The notes under the pieces: model-generated
Told to the model about the DNA's origin: nothing
The model's database searches: none
What the model saw: only the letters and a program-made list of their open reading frames with translations
Assembly: GCA_963774855.1 (NCBI GenBank)
Contig: CAVZGT010000014.1
Span: 508,892-572,891, forward strand
Source: an uncultured Acidobacteriota bacterium
Lineage (GTDB): Bacteria; Acidobacteriota; Vicinamibacteria; Vicinamibacterales; 2-12-FULL-66-21
Direction of reading: 5' to 3'
DNA: 64,000 bases
In this document: piece by piece, positions 51,017-60,419 of the stretch
Layout of the letters: the number at the start of each line of letters is the position of its first letter
Position numbering within the stretch: the first letter of the stretch is position 1
Position numbers and translations under genes: made by a program

Positions 51017-51073
51017 GCCGGCCTTCAGGCCGGCATTTCGAGGCCGTTGCCGTCTGCCGGCCTGAAGGCCGGC
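51017..51073. repeat. pair of GC-stem tetraloop hairpins (GCCGGCC-TTCA-GGCCGGC and its complement)
   Basis: 51017-51034 is GCCGGCCTTCAGGCCGGC and 51056-51073 is GCCGGCCTGAAGGCCGGC. Confidence 0.7.
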
Positions 51074-51074
51074 T

Positions 51075-51660
51075 CTACTTGTGTCCACCGCCATGCGGTT
51101 CGGGCGAAGCGGGCGGAGCAGGCGCCGGCGGCGTCCCGCTCGCGGGCGCCGGCACTCCGATCGTTCGTCCACCCGACGACTCGCCCATCGCGGGAGCGTG
51201 CGTGCCCGTCCGCGGATCGAGAACAGGGGCGGCCCGGACCGGCAGCCCGCGCTGCACGATCAGCTTTTTCGCCTCGGCGATCGGTATGTGCGCGACGCCC
51301 GTGGCCTGATTGACCCACCCGTAACCCTCGAAGCTCCTTCGCCTCCGTCATCCGGAATCTTCGCGAGGGCCTCGGGTTCGTTGGTCTGCAGGTGCGGCCC
51401 CGCCGGAAGCAGCTCGGGGCACTTCGTCGAGGTCGGCAAATGGGCACGTCGGCCGGGCGAGCGGCGACAGCTGCGGGTCGTTCGTGGCCGCCTGGTGGGT
51501 GAGGACGCGGAACAGCCCCCACATCAGCAGGAACGCAGTCGGCCACCACCGCCACTATCCCCACGCCGAACCGGAGAATCGTCCGGACGTCGACATCGGA
51601 CTGCTCGTGCGCAACGTCCTCGTTGTCCAGCTCCGGCGAGGAATGATCAGTGGACGTCAT
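51075..51660 (-). CDS. conserved single-TM membrane protein at the ActG position of the ACIII cluster, three or more frame breaks
   Basis: MTSTDHSSPELDNEDVAHEQSDVDVRTILRFGVGIVAVVA|TAFLLMWGLFRVLTHQAATNDPQLSPL...PELLPAGPHLQTNEPEALAKI|RMTEAKEL|EGYGWVNQATGVAHIPIAEAKKLIVQRGLPV. The start overlaps the actF end by 14 nt. Confidence 0.5.
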
Positions 51661-52840
51661 GCGCGAACGCCTCCTTGAAGAACGGATCGTTGAGAGGCAG
51701 CAGCGCCCGGCCCCTGAGCGTGCGCGCGAACAGGAAGAGCCAGACGCCGATGAGGCCCATCGGCAGCGCGACGTCCATCCAGTGAATGGGGAACCCGCTG
51801 CGCTCGAACATCGGCCCGACGAGCCACACCAGGTCGACCAGCCGCATGACAAGGACCAGGGCGGCGACCTTGGCGAGCAGCAAGGGCCGCTTCTTCAGAT
51901 CCCGCGACAGCAGCAGCACGAACGGGAGCACGAAGTGGCCGAGGAGCACCACCAGCGACACGTACTGCCAGCCGTGATTCAGGCGGTTCACGAAGAACGG
52001 AATCTCCTCCGGCAGGTTGCCCGCCCAGATGATCAGGAACTGCGAGAACGCGAAGTAGGCCCACAGCATCACGAAGGCCAGAAGCAGCTTGCCCAGATCG
52101 AGAAAGTGCCCCGGCCTGAGGTACCTGGCATAGGGCTCGGTCCCGCTGAGCATGGACAGCACGATGATGACGAGCGAAAGGCCCGAGAGCCCCTGGCCGG
52201 CCACGAAAATCAGTCCGAAAATCGTCGAGTACCAGGTCGGGTCGAGCGACATCACCCAGTCGACGGACGCGAACGTCATCGTCAGGACGTAGACGAGGAG
52301 CCCCGGCGCGCTCACCTGGCGGAACCGCAGCGTGTCGCTCGGCTTGACCGCCACCTCGCCGCGATCCTGGCCCGCCGACCATTTGTTCAGCAGCCAGGAA
52401 CACAGCATCCAGACGGCGAAGTAGAACACCGCCCGGCCGACGAAGAACGGCACGTTCAGGTACGGCGCCTTGAACTGCAGGATGCCGTCGGTGCTGACGA
52501 GCTCCGGCCGCGCCCATTTGTAGACGCTCGGCAGCCCGAAACACAGCGGCACGAACGCCAGCGCCACGAGCGGGAGGGTCCGCGACCCCGCCTCGAAGAT
52601 GCGGCGCCCGACGAGCCCCCATTGGCCGCCCGACATGTGCTGCAGCATCAGGAGCGCGAGCGATCCCAGCGACAGCCCGAGGCAGAAGAGGACCCCGATG
52701 AGCCAGGACCTGAAGAACTGAGCGGGGGAAAAGACCCCGCCGATCCCCCCGGCCACCAGCCCCCAGAATCCGACGACAAGCGCCCTCTGCTGCAGTCGCG
52801 CCAGGGCGGGCACGTCGGTGTTCACAGCGTGTGTTTCCAT
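51647..52840 (-). CDS. actF: Alternative Complex III subunit ActF (NrfD-like membrane subunit)
   Basis: About 10 TM helices and NrfD/PsrC-like. GAGGA lies upstream of ATG 52840. Sits in the ActF position after actE. Intact, 397 aa. Confidence 0.8.
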   Translation of the reverse strand: METHAVNTDVPALARLQQRALVVGFWGLVAGGIGGVFSPAQFFRSWLIGVLFCLGLSLGSLALLMLQHMSGGQWGLVGRRIFEAGSRTLPLVALAFVPLCFGLPSVYKWARPELVSTDGILQFKAPYLNVPFFVGRAVFYFAVWMLCSWLLNKWSAGQDRGEVAVKPSDTLRFRQVSAPGLLVYVLTMTFASVDWVMSLDPTWYSTIFGLIFVAGQGLSGLSLVIIVLSMLSGTEPYARYLRPGHFLDLGKLLLAFVMLWAYFAFSQFLIIWAGNLPEEIPFFVNRLNHGWQYVSLVVLLGHFVLPFVLLLSRDLKKRPLLLAKVAALVLVMRLVDLVWLVGPMFERSGFPIHWMDVALPMGLIGVWLFLFARTLRGRALLPLNDPFFKEAFAHDVH

Positions 52841-52842
52841 CC

Positions 52843-53451
52843 TCAATGCTTCTCGGGCGCGCGCGCGCCACCGCCGGGTTGGGGCGGCTTCGTCGGATCG
52901 CCGCCCTCGATGTCGGACGCCGCCGCGTGCTGGCTCAGTTGCAGCGCGCGGAGGTAGGCGACAATCGCCCACCGGTCGCGGGGCGCGATCTGCGCCTTGT
53001 AGTCCGGCATCACGCCGAACCCGTTCGTGATCACGTCGAAGATGTATCCGGCGTCGGCCTGCAGCAGCCGGTCGCTGTGGAACGACGGCGGCTCGCGATA
53101 CCCGCGCCGCACCACCAGGCCGTCGCCCTTGCCCGTCTGGCCATGGCACGGCGAGCAGTAGATGTTGAACCGCTCCTGGCCGCGATCGAGGACGTGCTCG
53201 TCGATCGCAAACGGCAGCTCCTTCACGGTCGCGTTGCTGACCTTGCCGGTGAAGAACGCGTCGTCTTCCTGCAGCGTCCCGCGCGCCACCGTCCCCTCGA
53301 CCCGCGGCCGCGCGCTCGCGCCGTCGGTGAAGAACACGCTCGGGCGCAGCCCGCGGTACTTGGGTTGATTGTGCATGTCCTGGCGGCAGCCCGACGCCAG
53401 CACTAGACAGATCGCCCCCAGCACGAAGCCCGTGGCGCTACGCTTCGACAT
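52843..53451 (-). CDS. actE: Alternative Complex III subunit ActE (mono-haem cytochrome c lipoprotein)
   Basis: Lipobox LVLASGC, a single CSPCH haem site and FGVMPDYKAQIAPRDRWAIVAYLRALQ. Confidence 0.8.
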   Translation of the reverse strand: MSKRSATGFVLGAICLVLASGCRQDMHNQPKYRGLRPSVFFTDGASARPRVEGTVARGTLQEDDAFFTGKVSNATVKELPFAIDEHVLDRGQERFNIYCSPCHGQTGKGDGLVVRRGYREPPSFHSDRLLQADAGYIFDVITNGFGVMPDYKAQIAPRDRWAIVAYLRALQLSQHAAASDIEGGDPTKPPQPGGGARAPEKH

Positions 53452-53989
53452 CGTTCACTTCCTTCGCCCCGAGGCCCTGCAGGAACGTCCGCGTCGCCTG
53501 CCGATCGAACTTCGGATCGACGGCCTCGATCGCCAGGAAGAAGCTGTCCTGGCTGGCGTGCGCGGTGAACCGCTCCACGTTGAACACCGGGTGATACGGC
53601 ATCGGCAGCCCGTTCAGGATGAACATCCCGAACACCGCCGCGAAGGCCGCAAAGAGAATCGTCAGCTCGAAGGCGATCGGCACGAACATCGGCCAGCTCA
53701 GATTCGGCCGGCCGCCGATGTTCATCGGATACGCGTAGGCCGACACCCACACCTGGAGCCCGAGCCCCGTCAGCAGGCCCGTGATCCCGCCGCCGAGGAC
53801 CAGCCACGGCACCCGCCGATCCTCGAGGTGCATCGCGCTGAAGATGTCGTGGATCGGAAACGGCGAGAACGAGTCGAACCGCCGATAGCCCTCGTCGTAG
53901 GTGCGGCGCGCCGCCTCGACGAGCGCCGTCGGATCCTCGAACTCGGCCATCACGCCGTAGAGCGTCGACCCGGCTGGTGTGTGATCCAT
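53438..53989 (-). CDS. actD: Alternative Complex III subunit ActD (DUF3341)
   Basis: LYGVMAEFEDPTALVEAARRTYDEGYRRFDSFSPFPIH..., two TM helices, and ...SFFLAIEAVDPKFD. Confidence 0.8.
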   Translation of the reverse strand: MDHTPAGSTLYGVMAEFEDPTALVEAARRTYDEGYRRFDSFSPFPIHDIFSAMHLEDRRVPWLVLGGGITGLLTGLGLQVWVSAYAYPMNIGGRPNLSWPMFVPIAFELTILFAAFAAVFGMFILNGLPMPYHPVFNVERFTAHASQDSFFLAIEAVDPKFDRQATRTFLQGLGAKEVNDVEA

Positions 53990-54000
53990 GGCTCACGCGC

Positions 54001-55403
54001 TCAGTGCGCCTTGCCTCCCCTCACCTTGGCGGCGGGCACGACCGTGCGCATCTCGAAGATCGAGATCATCGGCAGCACCCGGATGAACAGGAAGAAGAGC
54101 GTGACGAACAGCCCGATGCTCCCGAAAAACGTCATCCAGGTCCCACCGCGTCGGCCAGTACATGCCCCACGACGAGGGCAGGAAGTCGCGGTGCAGGCTC
54201 GTGACGACGATGACGAAGCGCTCGAGCCACATCCCGACGTTGACGACCATCGAGATGAGGAACAGCTTGATCGGCGAGGTCCGCACCGACTTGATCCAGA
54301 GGAACTGCGGCGTGACGATGTTGCACAGGATCAGCGTCCAGTAGAACGGCCAGTACGGGCCGGTCATCCGGTTCAGGATCATGTACTCCTCGTAGCGGTT
54401 GGCGCTGTACCAGCCGAAGAACGCCTCCATCACGTAGCCGTAGCCCACCATCAGGCCGGTGACGAGCATGACCTTGCCCATGTTCTCCAGGTGCCGCATC
54501 GTCAGGAAATCCTGGAGGTTGTACAGGACCCGCAGCGGAATCGCGAGCGTCAGCACCATCGCGAACCCGGCGTAGATCGCGCCGGCGACGAAGTAGGGCG
54601 GGAAGATCGTCGCGTGCCAGCCGGGGATGATGCCGATCGTGAAGTCGAAGCTCATGACCGTGTGGACCGACAGGACCAGCGGCGTCGAGAGGCCGGCGAG
54701 CAGCAGGTAGGCCGATTCATAGCGCTCCCAGTGCCGGGCCGATCCGCGCCACCCGAGCGCGAGCATGCCGAAGAGCCGGCGGATGTGCAGGCTCTTCGCG
54801 CGATCGCGCAGCGTCGCGAGATCGGGCACGAGCCCGACGTACCAGAACAGGAGCGAGACCGTCAGGTACGTGGAGACCGCGAAGAGGTCCCAGATGAGCG
54901 GGCTGCGGAACTGCGGCCAGATCCCCATCGTGTTGGGGTACGGCACCAGCCAGTAGGCCGCGAGCCACGGACGGCCGGTGTGAATCAGCGGGAAGATGCC
55001 GGCGCAGGCGACCGCGAAGAGCGTCATCGCCTCGGCGAACCGGTTGATCGACGTGCGCCAGTCCTGTTTGAGGAGCAGCAGGATCGCCGAGATCAGCGTC
55101 CCGGCATGGCCGATGCCGATCCACCAGACGAAATTGATGATCGCGAAGCCCCAGCCGATCGGGACGTTCACGCCCCAGATGCCGGTGCCCTTGATGAGCA
55201 GCCAGGTGATCGACATCAACAGGACCATGCACAGGTTGAAGCCGATGAACAGCCCGAAGACCCAGCTCCACGGATGGCGCCGGGTGAGGACGATCGCGGC
55301 GATCTGCTCGGTGACCGAGGCGAACGTGTGCCCCGGCTCGATCACGCGGCGGCGGGTTGTAGTCGTCGTCCCGCCTCGGGTCGTTGTCGTCGCGGTTGGC
55401 CAT
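54001..55403 (-). CDS. actC: Alternative Complex III subunit ActC (NrfD-like quinol-interacting membrane subunit), two frame breaks
   Basis: The ATG overlaps the actB stop (TGATG). [60 protein letters not shown]... Frame changes at about 55345 and 54137. Confidence 0.8.
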
Positions 55404-58400
55404 CAGTGTTCTGTCGTCGAAGCGGCCGGTGCCGGTTCCAGCTCGGGGTTCGGGTTCCGCAGCGCCGCGAGATACGTGGTCCGCGGGCGCGTGTTCAGGT
55501 CCTCGAGCACGCCGTAGTTGCGCTGTTGCGCCTTGAGCTTCACCACCTGGCTCGATCGGATCGTTCAGATCGCCGAAGACGATCGCGTCGGAGGGGCAGA
55601 CGGCCTGGCACGCCGTGACGACCTCGCCGTCGCGGATCTTCCGGTCCTCGCGCTTGGCGTCGATGCGCCCCTGGTTGATGCGCTGCACGCAGTACGTGCA
55701 CTTCTCCATCACGCCGCGGCTCCGCACCGTGACGTCAGGGTTGCGCAGCGGCTCGAGGCTCGGCGTGGTCCAGTCCTGATACAGCAGGAAATTGAAGCGG
55801 CGCACCTTGTACGGACAGTTGTTCGAGCAGTACCGGGTGCCGACGCACCGGTTGTAGACCATGTCGTTCAGGCCTTCCGAGCTGTGCGTCGTCGCGGCCA
55901 CTGGACAGACGGGCTCGCACGGCGCGTTCTCGCACTGCATGCAGGGCACGGGCTGGTGGTACGCCGCGACAGGCTGGCCGCTCTCGAGGTCCGACTCCTC
56001 CCCCGCGAAGTAATGATCGACGCGAATCCAGTGCATCTCGCGTCCGGCCGCGACCTGCTCCTTGCCGACGACCGGGATGTTGTTCTCGGCCGTGCACGCC
56101 ATCGTGCACGCGCCGCAGCCCGTGCACGAGGAGAGGTCGATCGCCATGCCCCACTTGTATCCCTCGTAGGGACGGTCGGGGTACATCGTGAGCGTCCGTG
56201 GAAAGTTGTGCACCTGATGCTGGATGACGGCCGGCTCGTGCGTGTACTGCTCGAGCGTCGCGACCCGGATGGGCACGCGTCCTTCCATCAGATGGTGCTC
56301 CTGCGTCGTCGCGAGCAGGTAGCGATCGCCGGTCTTCGAGATCTCGAGGCCGCTGCCGAACCACGGGGCGTCGGAGGTGCGAAGGAGGTAGGCGTTGAAC
56401 GCCTCGGCGCCGGCCGTGGCAGTGCCGACCCGGCCGGCCATGACGCCTGCCGTAGCCGAGAAACACCGTGACGGACTGCGCGGGATGGCCGGGGACCCGG
56501 AACACGGGCATGCGCGCGGTGTTGCCGCGATAGCGCAGCTCGATCACGTCGCCGTCGCTCAGGCCGCGTTCCCTGGCGAGCTGCGGGCTGATCCACGCCG
56601 ACGGGTCCCACGTGATCTTCGTCAGCGGCTTGGGCAGCTCCTGGAGCCAGCCGTTGTTCGCGAAGCGGCCGTCCCAGATCGTCGGATCGGGCCGGAAGAT
56701 GATCTCGAGCGCTCCCTGCGCGGCCGCGGACGGCGGCGCGGCGGCGCGGCGGCCGGGGCGGCGCCGCGGCGGCAGCGGCCGGCGCGGCCGCGGACGGCGC
56801 CGTGAACGGCGTGGCCTGTCCGCCGTCGGCGATCGCGGTGCCGCCGATGAACCCGTCGTGCAGGGCCCGGCGCCAGAACGTGTCGGCGTCCTTGAACGGT
56901 AGACCGTCCGCGCCGCGGATGGACCAACCGCTGGCCCCTCCGAACGCGCGGGTCCAGTAGTCCTTGACGATCTGGGAGCCGTGGCGATCCGGCTGCGCGG
57001 TGAACACGCCGAGCAGCTCGTGCGCCGATCGGCCCTCGTACAGCGGCGCAATCAGCGGCTGAATGATCGTGACCGTGCCGTCGTACGCGCGCGCATCGCC
57101 CCAGCTCTCGAGCGGATGGGCCTCGGCGACGTTCCATTGGCACAGGTTCGCCGTTTCGTCGACGTGCAGTCCGTGATAGACCGTCATGCCGACCTTCACG
57201 AGCTTCTCTGAGAATTTCAGGTCGGCGGGCGCGGTGTAGACGGGATTGCCGCCGAGGATGACGAGCAGCTCCACCTGTCCCGCGTCGATCGACCGCACGA
57301 GCTCGTTGAGCGATGCCGCCTGATCGGCCGGCGCCGCTTCGATAGCCGCCCCGTACGTGACCGTTGCGCCGACGTTGCCGAGCGCCTGGTTCATGGCGTG
57401 CGCGGCCGCGTGCACTGCCGCCGGCTGATAATCTCCCGCAACCACCAGGGATGTGCCCCGGTGCGCCTGAAGGTCTTTGGCGAGCGCCGCGACCCACTTC
57501 GCCGCGTCGGCGTTGGCCGGCTCGGGACTCGGGACTCGGGACCCGGGACTCGGAGAGCTTCCCGACCCTGCTCCGAGGCTGCCGGACAACTGGCGCGCAA
57601 ACCCCTCGATCTCTCCGGCCTTGAGCACGAGGCGGTGATCCGCCTTGGCGCCGGTCAGCGAGGGCGTGCTCTCGATCGCATAGAAGCGGTTCATCTCCTT
57701 GCGGTCGTCGGTGATCCGCCGGCGGGACGCAAAGTCCTTCTGGTACCGCACGCAGCCGGGGCCGCTGGCCAGGAAATCGGCGTCGAGCGACACGACGACG
57801 TCGGCCTTGTCGAAGTGATAGATGACGTTGGTCGGCGAGCCGCCGTCGCGAGCCGTGCGCCGTCGCGGGTGACCGGATCGTACTGATGCCACCGCGCCTG
57901 CGGGTTTTCCGTCAGGATTGTCGACAGCAAATCGGCGAGCGACGGGGAGGTGATCGGGCCGGTCAGGAACCGGAGCCCCGCTCCCTGCCGGGCCTTCTGG
58001 CTCTTCGCCGCCACCACCATGTCGCTGAGAAACTTGCCCCAGGGCCTGATCTCACTGCGGAAGGTAGTCGTCTGGGCGCGATCCGGATCGTACAGATCGA
58101 GGATGGCGGCCTGGGTGATCGCGTCGGTCGCGCCGAGGCTGGCCGGATGCTGGGGGTTGCCCTCAATTTTGGTCGGACGCCCCATATGGCTCTCGACCAG
58201 GACGGGCTGGGCGATGCCGGACAGCGGAATGGCGCTGGCGAAAAACAGGGGACGGCCGGGGACGATGTCCTCGGGCTGCTTTATATAAGGAACGATCTCT
58301 TCGGCCGGCTGTTTCGTGCACGCGCCGACCCCGGCGAGCGCGAGCGAGGCGCTCATGAGCTTGAGGAACTGCCGGCGGCCCTTCGGGTCGTTCCACTCGG

Positions 58401-58530
58401 ACGCCTGCTCGGGGAATTCCCGGTGCAGGTACTCGCGGAACTCCAGCGTGTCGGCCAGTTCGCCGAGGCTGCGCCAGTACATGCGGCCCTCGGCGCCGGC
58501 AAGACGGGATCGGATGACAGAAGGATCCAT
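55403..58530 (-). CDS. actB: Alternative Complex III subunit ActB (Tat signal, molybdopterin-oxidoreductase-like domain fused to 4Fe-4S domain), four frame breaks
   Basis: [20 protein letters not shown] Tat signal. [11 protein letters not shown]...[33 protein letters not shown], and Fe-S motifs [25 protein letters not shown] and [12 protein letters not shown]. Frame changes at about 57848, 56715-56790, 56445 and 55555. Confidence 0.85.
57519..57558. repeat. GGGACTC heptamer array inside the actB coding sequence
   Basis: GGCTCGGGACTCGGGACTCGGGACCCGGGACTCGGAGAGC is the complement of the GAGTCCC word found in intergenic arrays. It translates in frame as [15 protein letters not shown]. Confidence 0.7.
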
Positions 58531-58538
58531 GCTCAATT

Positions 58539-58639
58539 CAGCTACCAGCTACCAGCTACCAGCTACCAGCTTCCCGCAATCCGCTCCCGGCTTTTCGAGC
58601 TCCATGCTGGAAGCTGGAAGCTGGAAGCCGGAAGCTACC
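58539..58639. repeat. word-repeat hairpin (CAGCTAC/CAGCTTC versus GGAAGCT) filling the actA-actB spacer
   Basis: (CAGCTAC)x4 plus CAGCTTC faces GCTGGAAGCTGGAAGCTGGAAGCCGGAAGCTACC, with a regular A-A mismatch every 7 nt. The right arm includes the actA stop. Confidence 0.85.
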
Positions 58640-59294
58640 TATGGCATGTCGAGCAGCTTGTCAGCTGTTCGACGCTCGCGACCTTGTACGCCTCGACGAG
58701 ACGCTTGCCGAAGTCCCGGTCGCCGGCCGGGCGCTCCCACGCCATGTTGAACACCTGATCGCGCGGGCGGATGTACTTCGCGGGATCGCGGTGGCAGTCC
58801 AGGCACCAGGACATCGTGAGCGGGGATTCCTGGTACATGAGGGGCATCCGATCCACCGGCCCGTGGCACGTGGCGCAGCCGACCCCTTGTTTCACGTGAA
58901 TACTGTGGTTGAAATACACGAAATCCGGCAGATCGTGGACCCTCGTCCAGCGCAGCGGCGTGTTGTCGCGGAAGCTGGCCCTGACCGGCTCGAGGATGGG
59001 CGCGGTGGCCCAGATCTGCGAGTGGCAGTTCATGCAGGTTTTCGTGGGCGGGATATTGGCGAAAGCCGACTCTTCCACGGACGTGTGGCAGTAGCGGCAG
59101 TCGATCCCCATGCCGCCGACGTGGTGGGCATGGCTGAACTGGACCGGCTGCTCGACGAACCGGTTCTGGCCGGTGTTGTAGCCGGACAGATGGAGCAGAC
59201 CGACCGAGGTGCCGAGGACGGCCACGAACCCTACCGCCGCCAGAATGCTGAGCCGGGAGTAGATGTTCGCGTAGCGATGGAAGATCTGACTCAT
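58635..59294 (-). CDS. actA: Alternative Complex III subunit ActA (penta-haem cytochrome c)
   Basis: N-terminal TM anchor and five CxxCH sites (CRYCH, CMNCH, CATCH, CLDCH, CSTCH). ATG at 59292-59294. Confidence 0.85.
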   Translation of the reverse strand: MSQIFHRYANIYSRLSILAAVGFVAVLGTSVGLLHLSGYNTGQNRFVEQPVQFSHAHHVGGMGIDCRYCHTSVEESAFANIPPTKTCMNCHSQIWATAPILEPVRASFRDNTPLRWTRVHDLPDFVYFNHSIHVKQGVGCATCHGPVDRMPLMYQESPLTMSWCLDCHRDPAKYIRPRDQVFNMAWERPAGDRDFGKRLVEAYKVASVEQLTSCSTCHR

Positions 59295-59429
59295 CGTGTC
59301 GACGTCCGCGCCAAGTTCCCAAGAGCCTACTCGAAACCGGGGTATTGCAGAAGCGGACAGCGCCGCCGCGCAGGCCGGCGGGCAGGGCCGGCGCCGACCC
59401 CGGGACCGTTCATCGCTCGTCACTCATAA

Positions 59430-59445
59430 TGTGAAACTATTCACA
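59430..59445. promoter_or_regulatory. perfect Crp/Fnr-family palindrome TGTGA-N6-TCACA
   Basis: TGTGAAACTATTCACA lies in an AT-rich patch of the divergent spacer, about 136 nt upstream of actA and about 85 nt upstream of the ABC-2 ATPase gene. Confidence 0.45.
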
Positions 59446-59469
59446 AAGTGTCAAATGCGCGGAGCGTTG

Positions 59470-59519
59470 GCTAAAGTTCTAAAGTTCTGAAAGTTCGAAT
59501 GTTCTACAGTCTCTAATCG
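59470..59519. repeat. AAAGTTCT word array (complement of AGAACTTT)
   Basis: The sequence is GCTAAAGTTCTAAAGTTCTGAAAGTTCGAATGTTCTACAGTCTCTAATCG. Confidence 0.5.
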
Positions 59520-59529
59520 AATTGGAGCG

Positions 59530-60419
59530 ATGACCGAGCCATCGTCCTGCGCGGCGTCACCAAGCGGTTCGACGGGACCGTGGCCGTGAACGATCTCTCG
59601 CTCACCGTCCCCACGGGCTCGATCTACGGCTTCATCGGCCCGAACGGCTCCGGCAAGACGACGACGCTCAGGATGATCATGCACATCCTGCTGCCCGACG
59701 AAGGGCAGATCGAGGTCCTCGGGTCGAGCGACACCGCCGCGGCGCGCGATCGCGTGAGCTACCTTCCCGAGGAGCGCGGGCTCTACAAGAAGATGACGAT
59801 TCGCCGTCTGCTGCGGTACTACGCCCGCCTCAAAGGCGGATCGCGCAGCCGCATCGACGCGGCGATCGACGAGTGGATGGCGCGGATGGAGCTGCCGGGG
59901 CTGCTCGATCGGCAGATCGAGACGCTCTCGAAGGGGATGTCGCAGAAGGTCCAGTTCATCGCCGCGGTCGTCTCGGACCCGGCGCTGCTGATCCTGGACG
60001 AGCCGTTCTCCGGCCTCGACCCCGTCAACGCCCAGGTGCTGAAAGACGCGGTGCTCGAAATGCGGCGCCGCGGCGCCACGGTCGTCTTCAGCACGCACGA
60101 CATGGCGACCGCCGAGCGCATGTGCGATCGCATCTTCATGATCTTCCGCGGCCGGAAAGTGCTCGACGGGTCGCTCGAGAGCATCCAGGACCAGTACGGC
60201 GCCGACACCGTCCGGATCCGCACGTCGGCCGGCGCCGCCGCGCTCGCCGGCATGCCGGACGTGGAATCGGTCAACGACTTCGGCCAGCTCCAGGAAGTGC
60301 GTCTCAAGGGGGATCCGCAGGCGTTTCTCTCGCGCCTCGCCGCGCGCACGGCGATCTATCACTTCGAGGTCACGCGCCCGTCGCTGCAGGACATCTTCGT
60401 GCGGATTGCCAAGCCGTAG
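59530..60419 (+). CDS. ABC transporter ATP-binding protein (ABC-2/NatA-like), frame break at codon 4
   Basis: GGAG then ATG 59530 (MTE), with 1 nt missing at about 59540. Then IVLRGVTKRFDGTVAVNDLSLTVPTGSIYGFIGPNGSGKTTT, LSKGMSQK and LLILDEPFSGLD. Confidence 0.85.
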
